Assembly (NCBI GenBank): GCA_053919585.1
Contig: CM132792.1
Length of the DNA stretch: 53,562 nucleotides
Direction: 5' to 3' (one strand)
DNA from: Euprymna scolopes
Taxonomy: Eukaryota
Below the pieces are notes generated by a model. The model was given only the letters and a program-made list of their open reading frames with translations. It searched no databases and was not told the DNA's origin. A program made the position numbers and the translations under genes. Shown here piece after piece: positions 24,310 to 35,366 of the stretch. Positions within the stretch are counted from its first letter, which is position 1, and every line of letters begins with the position of its first letter.

Positions 24310-24663
24310 ATCCGTTCAAAAGTGAAAATTAAAAAAAAAATGGAATTTGCTAGGTGAAGGTCGACCAACGGCATTACGAACATGCATGCGTAACGTAATA
24401 GCTATTGGTTCGTGTTTTCATTTTTAGCTTTGCAGCAAACATGTCTTGATAGCTCAGGCATTAACATCATAGGAAAAAGTAAATTGTAAGCTAAATGTTT
24501 TGGTTTCGATTCTTGGTGGTGGCACACGAGTCATTTTTTTTTTTTTTTTTTTTTAACTTTTTAAATCATTCTTATATATTGTATCCAATATAATAAATGC
24601 GAAATCTACATTAATCAAAATATCATATTTAAGCGTATTTTACGACCGGGTTGCGGGGGGAGT
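24310..24663 (+). mobile_element. Helitron-type element (family B) with tRNA-like cassette
   Basis: Aligns over ~330 bp with the reverse complement of 47682-48010, which has a CTAG|T end. Internal TAGCTCAG (24450) ... GGTTTCGATTC (24502). Confidence 0.75.
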
Positions 24664-24671
24664 TATATATA

Positions 24672-25891
24672 CCGGGGTTGAACAAAATAAGAAAAACGCC
24701 TAACATTTTTGGCATCATTTTTTGAACATGTTTTAAACAATCAAATCTTCACATTTTATTGCTTTTTTGTTTATTATTTATGTCCTATGATATGCTTAAA
24801 TTAAAATAAACATCTTACGGATGTTTAAAGATATAAAAAGTTTTTCTTATAAAAATGGTAACCCTTGCAGACTTTCAAAGAGGCCAAATTGTTGAAGGTC
24901 GTATGGCAGGTGCACGAATGCTTAGCGTTTTTAGAAGCACTCTCAGCAGTAATGACTGCTTTTAAAAGAGAAGTGTAAACGTCTTCAGAAAAGCACATGT
25001 CTGGTCGAAAGATGATGTCTGAAAGAGTCCATCGAACTCTAAGCGGATTGTTAGAGAAGAGCGCAAGACTATGGCTCCTAAAATCATTGCAGAGCTCAAA
25101 CATTTACAGGACCCAGTTTCCACAAAAACTGTCCGTCAAGAGCTGCACAAATCTCTATTTTACGGAATAGCTGCAATTAGAAAACCTCTGCTCTTAAAGA
25201 CAAATGTTTCAAAGCGATTACATTATGTAAAAAAAACCCTCCAAAATTGTTCTTTCGAGCAGTGGAAAAATGTGAATTTCTATGACGAATCATAGTTTTC
25301 CTTATTTCCGATCACCGGCCGAGTCTATGTTTGGAGACGACCGAAAGAAGCATTGTATCCAGACTACGTTCTCCCAGCCGTAAGCATGGCGGGGGTTCTG
25401 TGATGATTTGAGGTGCAGTTTCTTGAAAATCCGCTGGGCCAATGATTACTCTGCATGAAATAGTTAACAGTCGAGATTATTTAGGAATTTTGAGTGACCA
25501 AGTTCATTCTCTCGTTCAAGAACTGTTTCCGGGGGTAACGCCATCTTTTTAAGATTATAATGCCCTAATCCATACAGCTAGAATTATTAAAGATTGGCAC
25601 GAAAAGCATTATAGTGAAGTTGAGCATCTGATTTGGCCACCACAATCCTCAGATTTAAAAATTATTGAACATTTATAGTCGATTCTAGAGATTCAAGTAA
25701 GAAATGGATTTCCGCCGCTCTGGAGGATGTTTTAGCTGAAGAATGGGATAGAAGTCTTTTGGAAACAATTCGGATTATATGAATCGATACTTCGGAGAAT
25801 TGGAGCTGTAATTGCCGCAAAAGGTGGACCTACACCACATTAAAATAAATTTAGATTTTTTTTAAGGTGTTTCTTTTTTGTCCAACCCCTG
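24672..25891 (+). mobile_element. Full-length Tc1-like DNA transposon (DD36E spacing), decayed
   Basis: TIRs C(C/A)GGGGTTG(A/G)ACAAAA..AAAC(G/A)CCT at both ends, TA on the left flank, ~1.22 kb long, enclosing a transposase pseudogene. Confidence 0.93.
24855..25843 (+). pseudogene. Tc1-family transposase pseudogene
   Basis: MVTLADFQRGQIV, VSTKTVRQELHK, AAIRKPLL, WKNVNFYDES, KHGGGSVMI*GA, DYNALIHTA, WPPQSSDLKIIEHL*, AVIAAKGGPTPH*. Multiple stops and frameshifts. Confidence 0.93.
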
Positions 25892-25924
25892 TGTGTACAT
25901 GCATGCATCTATAATTATTAAATA

Positions 25925-26063
25925 CCTACAGGCATTAGGCTTCCATCCTTTCGGGAATCATCAGTACAGGGTATTTTGATTAACATAGGTCGATAGATTC
26001 GAACCCGGCAACATAAGTCATCTGACTCCGTTAGCAAGGACCTAATCCATCCGACCAGCGTTA
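25925..26063 (-). mobile_element. Second tRNA-head + hammerhead-like SINE element
   Basis: Minus strand: TGGTCGGATGGATTAG (A box), GGGTTCGAATC (B box, 25996-26006), then GTA-CTGATGA-TTCC-CGAAA-GGAT-GGAA (degenerate hammerhead core). Confidence 0.6.
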
Positions 26064-26991
26064 ACCGCGGGAAATGCTGTTGAAATTAAAAAAAAATTAT
26101 TTAATGTTTTTACGCCTGTCAGGGTGATCTTATCATATGATAGCCTGCGCATACGAGCTCAATTGACCGACTTTATTTAAACTGAAAGCGCTCAACGATA
26201 AGAAACAAGTATCTTTAATGGGCTGACATAATTATAACTTTAAACATTGCTAAATTTCCCTCTGGTTAAGTGATTCAGTATGATTTAAAAAATATTGTTT
26301 CGAAAACGATTTTACAGAAAATTTTTTATGTTGAATTATTTTTTTGGGGGGCGGTGCTATGTAAAACTTATCTCATGAAGTTATTTACTTCGTATCTATA
26401 TCATATGTTTTGCTTTCTGTATTGAGTACTATCAATAACCTGGTTATTTTATTTATTTATTTTTATTTTTTTTTTTTACTTTTTGGATACCTTTTGACTT
26501 GTATCTCGAGAACATGCTTTTACATGGCGTTCGGCAACTTCTTTCTTCAAAGATGAGACTGTCTGTCTTCTTTGGAGTGATTTGTTTCTTTGAAGTGATT
26601 TGTCTCTTGTTCCTTTGAAATAAAGAGATTTTAAATCGAACAGTAGAAAATTGTTTTGCGTGTTTCATCAAATGACCCAGCGAAATTTAACACTTGATGA
26701 ACTCGAACGAATTAAACGGAGAATTTATATTCTGTCGCTTAACCAAGTAGTTTTGTTCTCTTTCAAGTTGTGGACTTCTCACCAGTAAAAGAACAAACGA
26801 GCCATAATCTCACGCTCTTAGTAGACTTGTCTTTTTACTCAATGGTGTTGTCTATTTTTTTATTAAAAAATGGTCCAGGAATTGTGGGTTTTGTAAGAAA
26901 AGAACGAAATAGATTCCAGACATGTAAAGCCTTTGTAATTTTTTTATATTCATTTCGCTTTCGCAGCGGTAGATGGGATACAAGGGTAGGA

Positions 26992-27100
26992 TTCGAAGCG
27001 TCAGCGCCTTAGACAAATAACACTGGCCAGCACAAAATGCCGAAGGATGAACCTCTTCAAACTGCACATGACCCAAGCAATACCTCGACCAACAGAGGAA
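26992..27100. repeat. Dispersed repeat, copy 3 (putative LINE 5' UTR family)
   Basis: GAAGCGTCAGCGCC and AACTGCACATGACCCAAGCAATACC..CAACAGAGGAA are similar to 8075-8270. Confidence 0.5.
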
Positions 27101-27691
27101 AAGTTCACTCAAGAATGGCCTATATAAACGACTCTCTTAATTCTGTTTAATTCTTTTTATTGTTTTCCTTACATTTTTACTTCTTAGAGGATTGCTCACA
27201 CAATTGAAAAGAAGAAATGTATATAACAGTTGTATACAACTACGTCGACGAGAATAAAGAGCTGAGGCAAACGCTACATGAAAACACTGCGCAACAAAAA
27301 TGTTGTGATTGTCGGATCAGGAAAGACACTTTAACCACGTTTTCATGAGGATTTAAATCCTCTCAAGTGAAAAAAAAAATTTCACCAAAAAGAAAAATCT
27401 GTAGACATACCAATGCGACGAGTACATGATGCTAGGACGACACTGCAAGTTAACAAAGAATAATATAATTACTATCTTACTGAATTTAGTGTCAATGAAC
27501 GTTCAAAACGTCTAAGTCTTTGAAATCTAATAGAATATTGAATTGAAAAATGTTTTTAGGTTCCTGCCATTTTAGTTAATAAAACGGTGAATTGTTACAA
27601 ATAATGATCTCCTAAAGCAAAGCATTATTACCATCTTATATGGGAGGTGACACTGGTCAAGTGCTTTGAGTTAATGAGTGTACGGTAGTTA

Positions 27692-28375
27692 AACCAAGCT
27701 TCTATCTTTATATCATAAACGCTCTGATCTCCATCTGGCGTCAATTGAAATGAATGGCTCTCGTCTTGGGGAGGCTCCATGTTTTGACAAGGTTCTGAGA
27801 CTGACCTTTACTCCTGATCTTAAATGGAACACGTACATCAAATCTGTTGCCAAGGTCGCTGGAAAAATAGTAGGATCCTTCTACCGCTCCAGTAGATATC
27901 TCAATGCTGATGTAATTCTCTACCTATATAAAAGCCAGGTACGTCCAAGGATGGAATATTGTTGCCACATTAGAGCAGGAGCTGCTAGAAAACTTATCCT
28001 GCCTTGACAGAGTTCAAAATAGACTTCGTAGCCTAATGGGGATGCCCTTTTCTCTTCCCTGCAACCCCTTTTCCACAGAAGAGGCGTTGAGCCTATCTCC
28101 TCTTTATCGTTACTTTCATGACAAGTGCTCGTCTAAGCTCTAATCTATGGTCCCCCTGTCTGGACTAGCTGAAAACATTACAATAATTTCCCCAGCTTTT
28201 TATCTTTGCCTAAACTTAAACGTTGATTCCATGAACAAAGCTTCTTTCTTAGAACTGCACGTCTGTGGAACTCTCTTCCGTTTTCCTGCTTTCAAACTGA
28301 CTATAATATGGTTGTCTTTAAGTCCGACATAAGCAATTCCTGATGAGCCATTCCCTTAAGTAATCCAATTTACCA
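27692..28375 (+). mobile_element. CR1/Jockey-group LINE 3' fragment
   Basis: LRLTFTPDLKWNTYIKSVAK..LYLYKSQVRPRMEYCCHI, and collinear with 41985-42510 at DNA level. Confidence 0.92.
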
Positions 28376-28679
28376 AATTTCCACTACTAACGAAAATCGT
28401 TTGCCTATAAACAAATCTGTGTTGATTTCCAAGCAACTTAGTTATTGTGATGGAAGCTCATATGTCGAAATCTACGAGAGTCCATCATTTATATAGTTTT
28501 TGAAGTTTTTTTTTAACCTTCAAAACTATATAGAAAAACTTTAATTTTTATAATTGTTTGTCATTCGTTAGAAAACTATTTAATCCGTAAGTCATTTAAT
28601 TACCTGCAATCGCTGCCTCGACTTGCTTTCTAGAATCACAATGATCCTAATGTTATTTCAGAGGTGTGTGTGTGTGCGT

Positions 28680-29010
28680 GTGTCGCTCGAAAAGTAAAGC
28701 GTCATTTTGTAACTCAAAAAGTTTAAGAGCTACGAAGACGAGTGTTACCATTAAAACGAGCAGAATTTATTTTTCTGCATCCTCACTGTATTCTGCCAAG
28801 CATTCAATGACGCATCTCTGCTTCTAACGCACATCCATTGCATGTGTTGTTTTTGAAGACCATCACATCGGCAATACTTGTTGCAGCGAGATGAAACGTT
28901 CATGTCATGAATGCATAAGTTTAACTATCATAACAATACTAATCGCAATCCCTTCTATTCTGTTCGGACGGAATAAACAAAAAAATAGGAACAATTTCAT
29001 TTTGAACTGT
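28680..29010 (-). mobile_element. Internally deleted mariner (non-autonomous), copy 1
   Basis: Shares TACCATTAAAACGAGC, GTCATGAATGCATAAGTT and an ATGGATGTGCGTTAGAAGCAGAGATGCGTCATTGAA start region with 41466-41820 and 44810-45305. Confidence 0.8.
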
Positions 29011-29458
29011 GTGTGAGATATATATATATATATCTCACTTCTCTACATTCTAATGAGATATTATAGTTGGATTAGTCTATAGGCGATAATCCCCAAAAAG
29101 AAAGACTGTCAGAATTTATAGTCTGCACATCAATAACAATGTTGCTAATGTAAAGCAATAGACGTCACATCAAACGATGAACTACATTATGTACTGCTTC
29201 GGTAAACATTTTTTCTTTCTAATTACACTATTATAACATTGGATTATTTCGTCATGAAAACCGCTTCTCGCGCACAGTCATTTTCTTTGTGGGAGGATGG
29301 TGACTTTTATGTCGGGAAGTTAGCTTTTCAAAGTTTATTTCGCTTTTACTTTGATGAATCCCACATCCTCGCCTTTCGCTCTGACATTTTGTCAAATGAC
29401 ACGACTCTAACGGCAACCTTCCACGAACTCTCAAACGGAGATACATGAATACTTTTAT

Positions 29459-29489
<31 letters not shown>

Positions 29490-30778
29490 TTTTTTTTTTT
29501 TTTGTAGAATTTGTTAAGCCGTTCACCGGATGGAAGATTTATACATCCAATCAAGTTTCTTTCCACACTTGAAGTCATTACTCACACGTGTCATTAGTCG
29601 CATTTTTACACTTAGTTTTCACATCTTTTCTAAAATAAAATTCTTCTCTATATAACAAAGTCTAATGTGCATTTATTGAACACAGGTGAATATATCCTTC
29701 ACCATATTTCCATAATGAAACAGTTTCCTCTTTTCTATACAGATTGCTACTACAACTGTCTAATATTAGACATTATAATTTTATCTTAACCGGTGAAGAA
29801 TTGCCGTAATGTAAATATTAGTGGGAGACGCTAGCGATATTGTAACTTTTATTTCCGTACTTTTAGGTCACGAAATAGATTGTCCTCAATGACCTCGTTG
29901 TAATTCAACTTGACAGGATTCAACCAACCAAGAATGTTTACCACTGAGGAATAGTTTAGCAACTCGCATGTCGACGAAACTGAATTCGGCGGACCTGAAT
30001 GAGAATAAACCCCCCTAAGAATGGCTTTCAGAATAAATACTTCCAGCCTCCTCATTAAGAACGGCTTTTGTTTTATTTTGCAACATTTTCAATAGATTAT
30101 TGATTGGACATAAATATATGGGAGGGTAATTCTCGTTCAGGCCCGCCCTGAATTCTCGAAGTGGGTTGCTAATATTAGCACTGAATCATTATTTGTAAAG
30201 CAGACGTGTGCATTGTTATCGTTTGAGCAAGAAAAACATGCACATCGGAAATGAATAGACGAGGATGATACTGTTAAAACACATGAGACGTACAGAATAT
30301 ATTTATAGGAAAATAGAAGAATGCATGCAGTATCCTTTTCAGTGCTAAAACAGGAATCGCGAAACAAATTGTCCTATTTTGACTAAACTCTGTCCTTTTT
30401 CGTAAGATGTCAAAAATAATCAATGAAGATGAAATATTGATCACGTGGTGACGCGACATTCTATCAAAATTTCAGTTTCCAAGCGAGGTTTACGTTATAA
30501 GCTATCTTCCCGAAAAGGATAGTTTGGTCTGTAAATCGACTTCTGCCCACTATAACAAGTTAACTTATCTTAAGCGCAAGCAGACTACATATTATAAAGA
30601 GTGGGCACGAGTGGCATCATGTATATCAACACAGATTATGGAATCGATTGTAGACTTCACGCACCTTTACAGCAATGATTAAAAATAACTACTTGCGTTC
30701 AATGAATCGTTTAAATAACATTTTTTGAATTGAATATAACAACGGTGTTTTTCACTGTTAATATTGAGGTTTATATTA

Positions 30779-31414
30779 TCTCTATTATATAAACAGAACT
30801 TTGTGCGTCTGAGTTTGTTCCATATGGACTCTAAAACTGCTGGGCTGACTTTTATATAGTTTTACACAATCGTGATGTTCTTAAATAGGTTTTGTATCCA
30901 AATGTATTCGATAATTATCGATAATCGAAATCAAATGAAAAAGAGAATAGGCTATTTTAACCAAAGTTAACACCTTACATAGCCTAACATCACAAATGCA
31001 TTTGATAAGTTTTATCAAATGCAAGGAGAAAGGCCTGATATATAAAACCAACAATAGGCTCTTTGATATGACAGGGGTGCGTTCAAAATTTATGTTTCTA
31101 TTTAGAGCACAATTGAAGCATGCTTCTTGATCCTTGCATTTTGATCTTTAATGCAAGTCATTATTTATGAAACCTAATTTTGTAAAATCAACAGTAGGGT
31201 ATCTGTTGTACACTGTAGACGTCAATGTGTTGTGGATTTAGTCACTGCAGGGAAGCATGTGAAGTTTCTTCCAGGTGCAGGGCGATGGGTTCGCAGGCAA
31301 TAAATCGATTTGACAGAAAAATCGGCGATTGCACCGATTTCGATGACAAAAATATGAAAGTGTGAAACCTTCGTTAACCATTCAATCCCAGGTAACGTTA
31401 GGTTCCCCTGCTAG
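30779..31414 (+). mobile_element. Non-autonomous Helitron-type element (family C), 636 bp
   Basis: A|TCTCTATTATATAAA 5' end and CCCAGGTAACGTTAGG..CCTGCTAG|T 3' end. An internal segment recurs at 33860-34055. Confidence 0.75.
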
Positions 31415-31962
31415 TCTATTATAGAAAACAAAAACAACGCTACACATGCAAATCTGTTTACATTTGTAACAACGTGACACAAATCTGCTTTGTATTCTCT
31501 TACCCCCGTTCCTTCGAATGTAGAGTAAAAAGAAAGGAAAAAGAAATCTATTTAAATCGCGTGGATAATCCATTCGTCATAAATCCGTCTATTATAAACG
31601 TTACGAAACTCTGAATTGTTGCCAGCAAACGTTAATGATTTTCGCAATGACAGTGTACAATCGTTAAACGCTTTTTTTTATATCGAGTCTTTACTTTTCT
31701 GAGCCCTCTTTTTCTTGGCACTATTTATTAGATTTACCAAGTGAGCAAAGATCCACACTGGGCTGGGTTTTATCTAACTTCACAATCTGGCACTTTTAGT
31801 AGGATAAAATATTAAACTCAAACTAAAGACTTCTCGTCTCGTTTGATCTATTACAGTTCTAAAAAATATGGTCGTTTCTAAATGTACGGATTTGTAATTT
31901 TACATACAAACGATATACAACTTGCATTTAGTGGATCTGTTGTAACGGTTTCTAAATTTTCG

Positions 31963-32415
31963 AGATGAGGATTGATAATTTTGATAATCCGGACAACTGT
32001 TCTCACCTATTTTGTTATTCGCACAATGTTATAGCCGATGTAACTTCCGATCTTCAAGTGTATTTTGTCGAACTCTGGAATCTGTACGGGATTTCGAAGA
32101 GACTTTATTTAAACCAGGAGGATAGCATAACAGGTAAAGTACTAAAAAATTTATTTGTAAATGAGTCGTTTAGGTGTTGAATGTTCAATCCTCACTATGA
32201 GTGATATAAAGAATAGCATTTGAGAATTGCATAATACTTTTACCTGGTCATGGCCGAGGGAACGATTAATTGATTAATTAAAGGGTTGCGTTCGAACTTC
32301 CATGCAGATTCCGGAGTTCGACAAGGTACACCTGCAGAAGGTCGGGAGTTAATCGACCGACACGTTGGGCGATTAACATTCAAGATGAAAACAATAGTCT
32401 GGAGAATGAAACTAA
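31963..32415. mobile_element. tRNA-head/hammerhead-tail SINE-like family, locus 3 (inverted pair)
   Basis: Minus tail copy 31963-32126 joins at TAGC to a plus copy with TGTTCAATCC B box and ACAC-CTGCAGA-A-GGTCG..CGACC-GACACGTTG (32328-32367). Confidence 0.75.
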
Positions 32416-33859
32416 TACTGTTGTAATAAGTTTAGTTAAATAAACCGAAAATGTTAACTGCACGTAAAACATTAGGAAAAAAAATGAAATTAAAGCAGTT
32501 TCTGTTTACATATATTTTTATTCATGAATGGCTATTTATCAAGGAGGAGAGGTACGTGATAAGGTTTAATGGGATTGTCAGTTTAATGATAAAGAATATT
32601 ATAAGAGGATTTAAGCAAATAAGTAACAAGGTTCTGTTACGTATAGAGACGGATTGCAAGTATTTGTTGAGATTGGATTTGAAGACAATCTTTGTAGTCT
32701 GCAGGAAAACGGTCTTGTAGTTATAACTTAAAGGGAGTATTCACTTTCATACATGCATCTCAACATTATTACTTCGCATATTTGATAATTGCTTTGTCGA
32801 TCAATTTTGTAATGTTTATATTAAACATCGAAAAGTTGAGCGATTATCCTACAATGTCCCGTTTTATTTTTAAAGTTTGAAAATTGCACTCAAGGTCAGA
32901 AACTCTGATCATAATCCTATCGATTAAACTATGCAAAAAGAAACCTAAATATTAATTGGATGCTCTTCATAATACTCCTCATATAAGCAACCAAATTAAC
33001 CTGAATGAACACGAGTTGTTTTCTTTTATATGGGTGGAGGTAGCGGTGAATTACAACCGAAGATATCCTGTTGGCATTTTATCAATTAGTTTTAGTATAT
33101 CAATTTAAAATCATTTCTCGCGTGATATCTTAAACGCCGTTATAATTTGATCTCCTAGGCTGGAGATAGAACATAAGACTGCTCATTCGGTCCTCTAACT
33201 GTTTATTGTAAAAGAAAAGTTATCTTTTAATCCATTCACCTTGATTCACCATGCATTAAATTGGTGCATATGATTTAACGGTGAAACTGAGAAAAACGCT
33301 TTCTTTCATCCTCACAAATAAATTGGGGAAAAAGTTAATCGTTGAAAAGTTTGGCTGATGAATATTTTTTCGTGGTTTCTATTGTATTTAAGTAGTCATA
33401 AAAGTTTGCGCACGCATTTGAAACTTTCGAGGAAAGCGGATTAAAAAAAGGAGAGATAAGTGTTACACATTTTAAAATTATTCTATTTTAGCAGGGATCA
33501 AGGGAAACATTGCTCTGTTCGTATTCAATAAATACCATTTTCCGTCTTTTTTGGAAAGTGGCGTATTGTTCTATACTCTTATGATAAAACCGGTATATTA
33601 TTGTTAGAAAGCAATATCGTTTTAAAATGAAAAAAGTGGGCAATAAAAACATTACAAGTTCCAAGTAAATGAATAGATTTGCCACCGTTTAACAAGGATA
33701 TTTATCTTTAAAAGTCTATAACGCTGCTAGGTTTGGTAAGCCTTTATCACTAGTTGCACATAAAAGGCACGGCGTGTGCGCGCGTGGGCGTTCTATATGA
33801 ATTCTGAGCCGATTTTTTTTTTTTTTTTCACGCAAATTTACTTTGTGTCTGGGAGTGTT

Positions 33860-34055
33860 TTTTTAGATCCGTATTGTATCTGAATACTTCCCATAAGTAT
33901 TGATAATCGTAAAAATTGGATTAAAGAAAGAGACCGATTTTGACTTAAATTAACACCCTTACAAAGCTTAACTCTACAAGTGCATGTGAAGCTTTATCAC
34001 CGCACAAGTAGAGGCCCCAACCCATAAAATTAATAGATAGCTTGAAAATATGTCC
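33860..34055 (+). mobile_element. Partial copy of Helitron-type family C
   Basis: TTAACACCCTTACAAAGC..GCATGTGAAGCTTTATCA..AGGCC aligns with 30968-31035. Confidence 0.6.
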
Positions 34056-35054
34056 AAACTTTTTTTTTCTTCGAAATACGTTCTGGATGGATTTGTTATT
34101 AAACTGTCTTTTTATGGTAAATAACTGCCAGTTTTCAATTACTCGGTTTGGAAAACTATTTTAGATATTAAGTGATAAAATAGCATTTTAAAAGGAGTAT
34201 CGACTATCCGGCCTAAAGTTCTGGTATATGTTTTTAATGCTGATATGTACTTAAAGCAACATAAATTGTTTGCCACAACTAAAATACTTTCTACCTATTA
34301 ATTCATTCGTGTTAGTGAAAAAATAACTAGTTTGTCTAATTTTGAAGGCCAAATTCTTAAGGGCCATTTTTTTCAAATGTGATCACTAAGACATAAAAGT
34401 AAATTTAATCGTATGTAAAGAATTTTTATAGGTTTCAACATTAAATGTTAAAATCTTTTCTATGCAATAAAATAAATTAAATCTAAACTATTTCAGCCTC
34501 ATACAACTTTTAGATGTTAAATTGGTAGAAATAATTTAGTTAGTCGGGAATAAGAGGAAATGAGATAATCTATATCGACTGGCTGGGTTCGAGTTGAAAA
34601 TCCATTAAGCTGTGGGAATGTATTAAAAAGTAATATCACATGACTCAAGGATAGAGGGTGATAATAAGTGAAAGACTGTTTGAAAGCATAATGTATTAGA
34701 TATACGACGTAAGTTTACGAGATATAACTAATTAGTGGTTTTGATCTCCTTTTATTGTTCCACCCTTCATTCGTCCATGATTTGGAACGAAGATCAAATA
34801 TGATAAACCTCCTTTAGCTTACAAAAACAACTGGCAACTTTAATGGTGACTTTAACGTTTAATGAGGATAATTTTGTTAAAGGCATGACACAAGATTGAG
34901 TATTCAATACGATACCTAAGCTTGAAAATTCAGTGCGGACGGTATGCTTTCTTAAAACGATTACTGTATGCATGCGAAAGCGTTTCCTAATGATGATACC
35001 AGACTAGATAATGTAGTTGATGCAAAAAGAGAAAAAAAACTCGTATGCATTTTG

Positions 35055-35131
35055 TTTTATTCAGCTATTTTCGTCATCTTCGCTACTTGTTTTATGACGA
35101 TATTTCGGCCGATGTATACTTTGGTCTTCCT
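35055..35131 (-). mobile_element. Tail fragment of the hammerhead SINE-like family
   Basis: Minus strand GAAGACCAAAGTATACATCGGCCGAAATATCG..AAGATGACGAAAATAGCTGAATAA parallels the 21323-21395 tail. Confidence 0.55.
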
Positions 35132-35147
35132 GTTTTGTTCTAAGATG

Positions 35148-35179
<32 letters not shown>

Positions 35180-35318
35180 TAAAAAAAACTCGGACAAAAA
35201 CCTGAGAAAAATCGATTTGTTTTGAATAAAACGATGCAATATGATAATGCTTTAAATAAGTTGTAAAATATATTGCTTTGGCTAGAATTTTGTAGTGAAC
35301 CTTAAGTTATAAAACATC

Positions 35319-35321
<3 letters not shown>

Positions 35322-35365
<44 letters not shown>
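35322..35365. repeat. (TA)n microsatellite
   Basis: Directly visible. Confidence 0.95.

Positions 35366-35366
<1 letters not shown>

Noticed and set aside
29239-30459. Cluster of short ORFs (61-76 aa)
   Set aside because: No recognisable domains and no consistent splice or frame structure.
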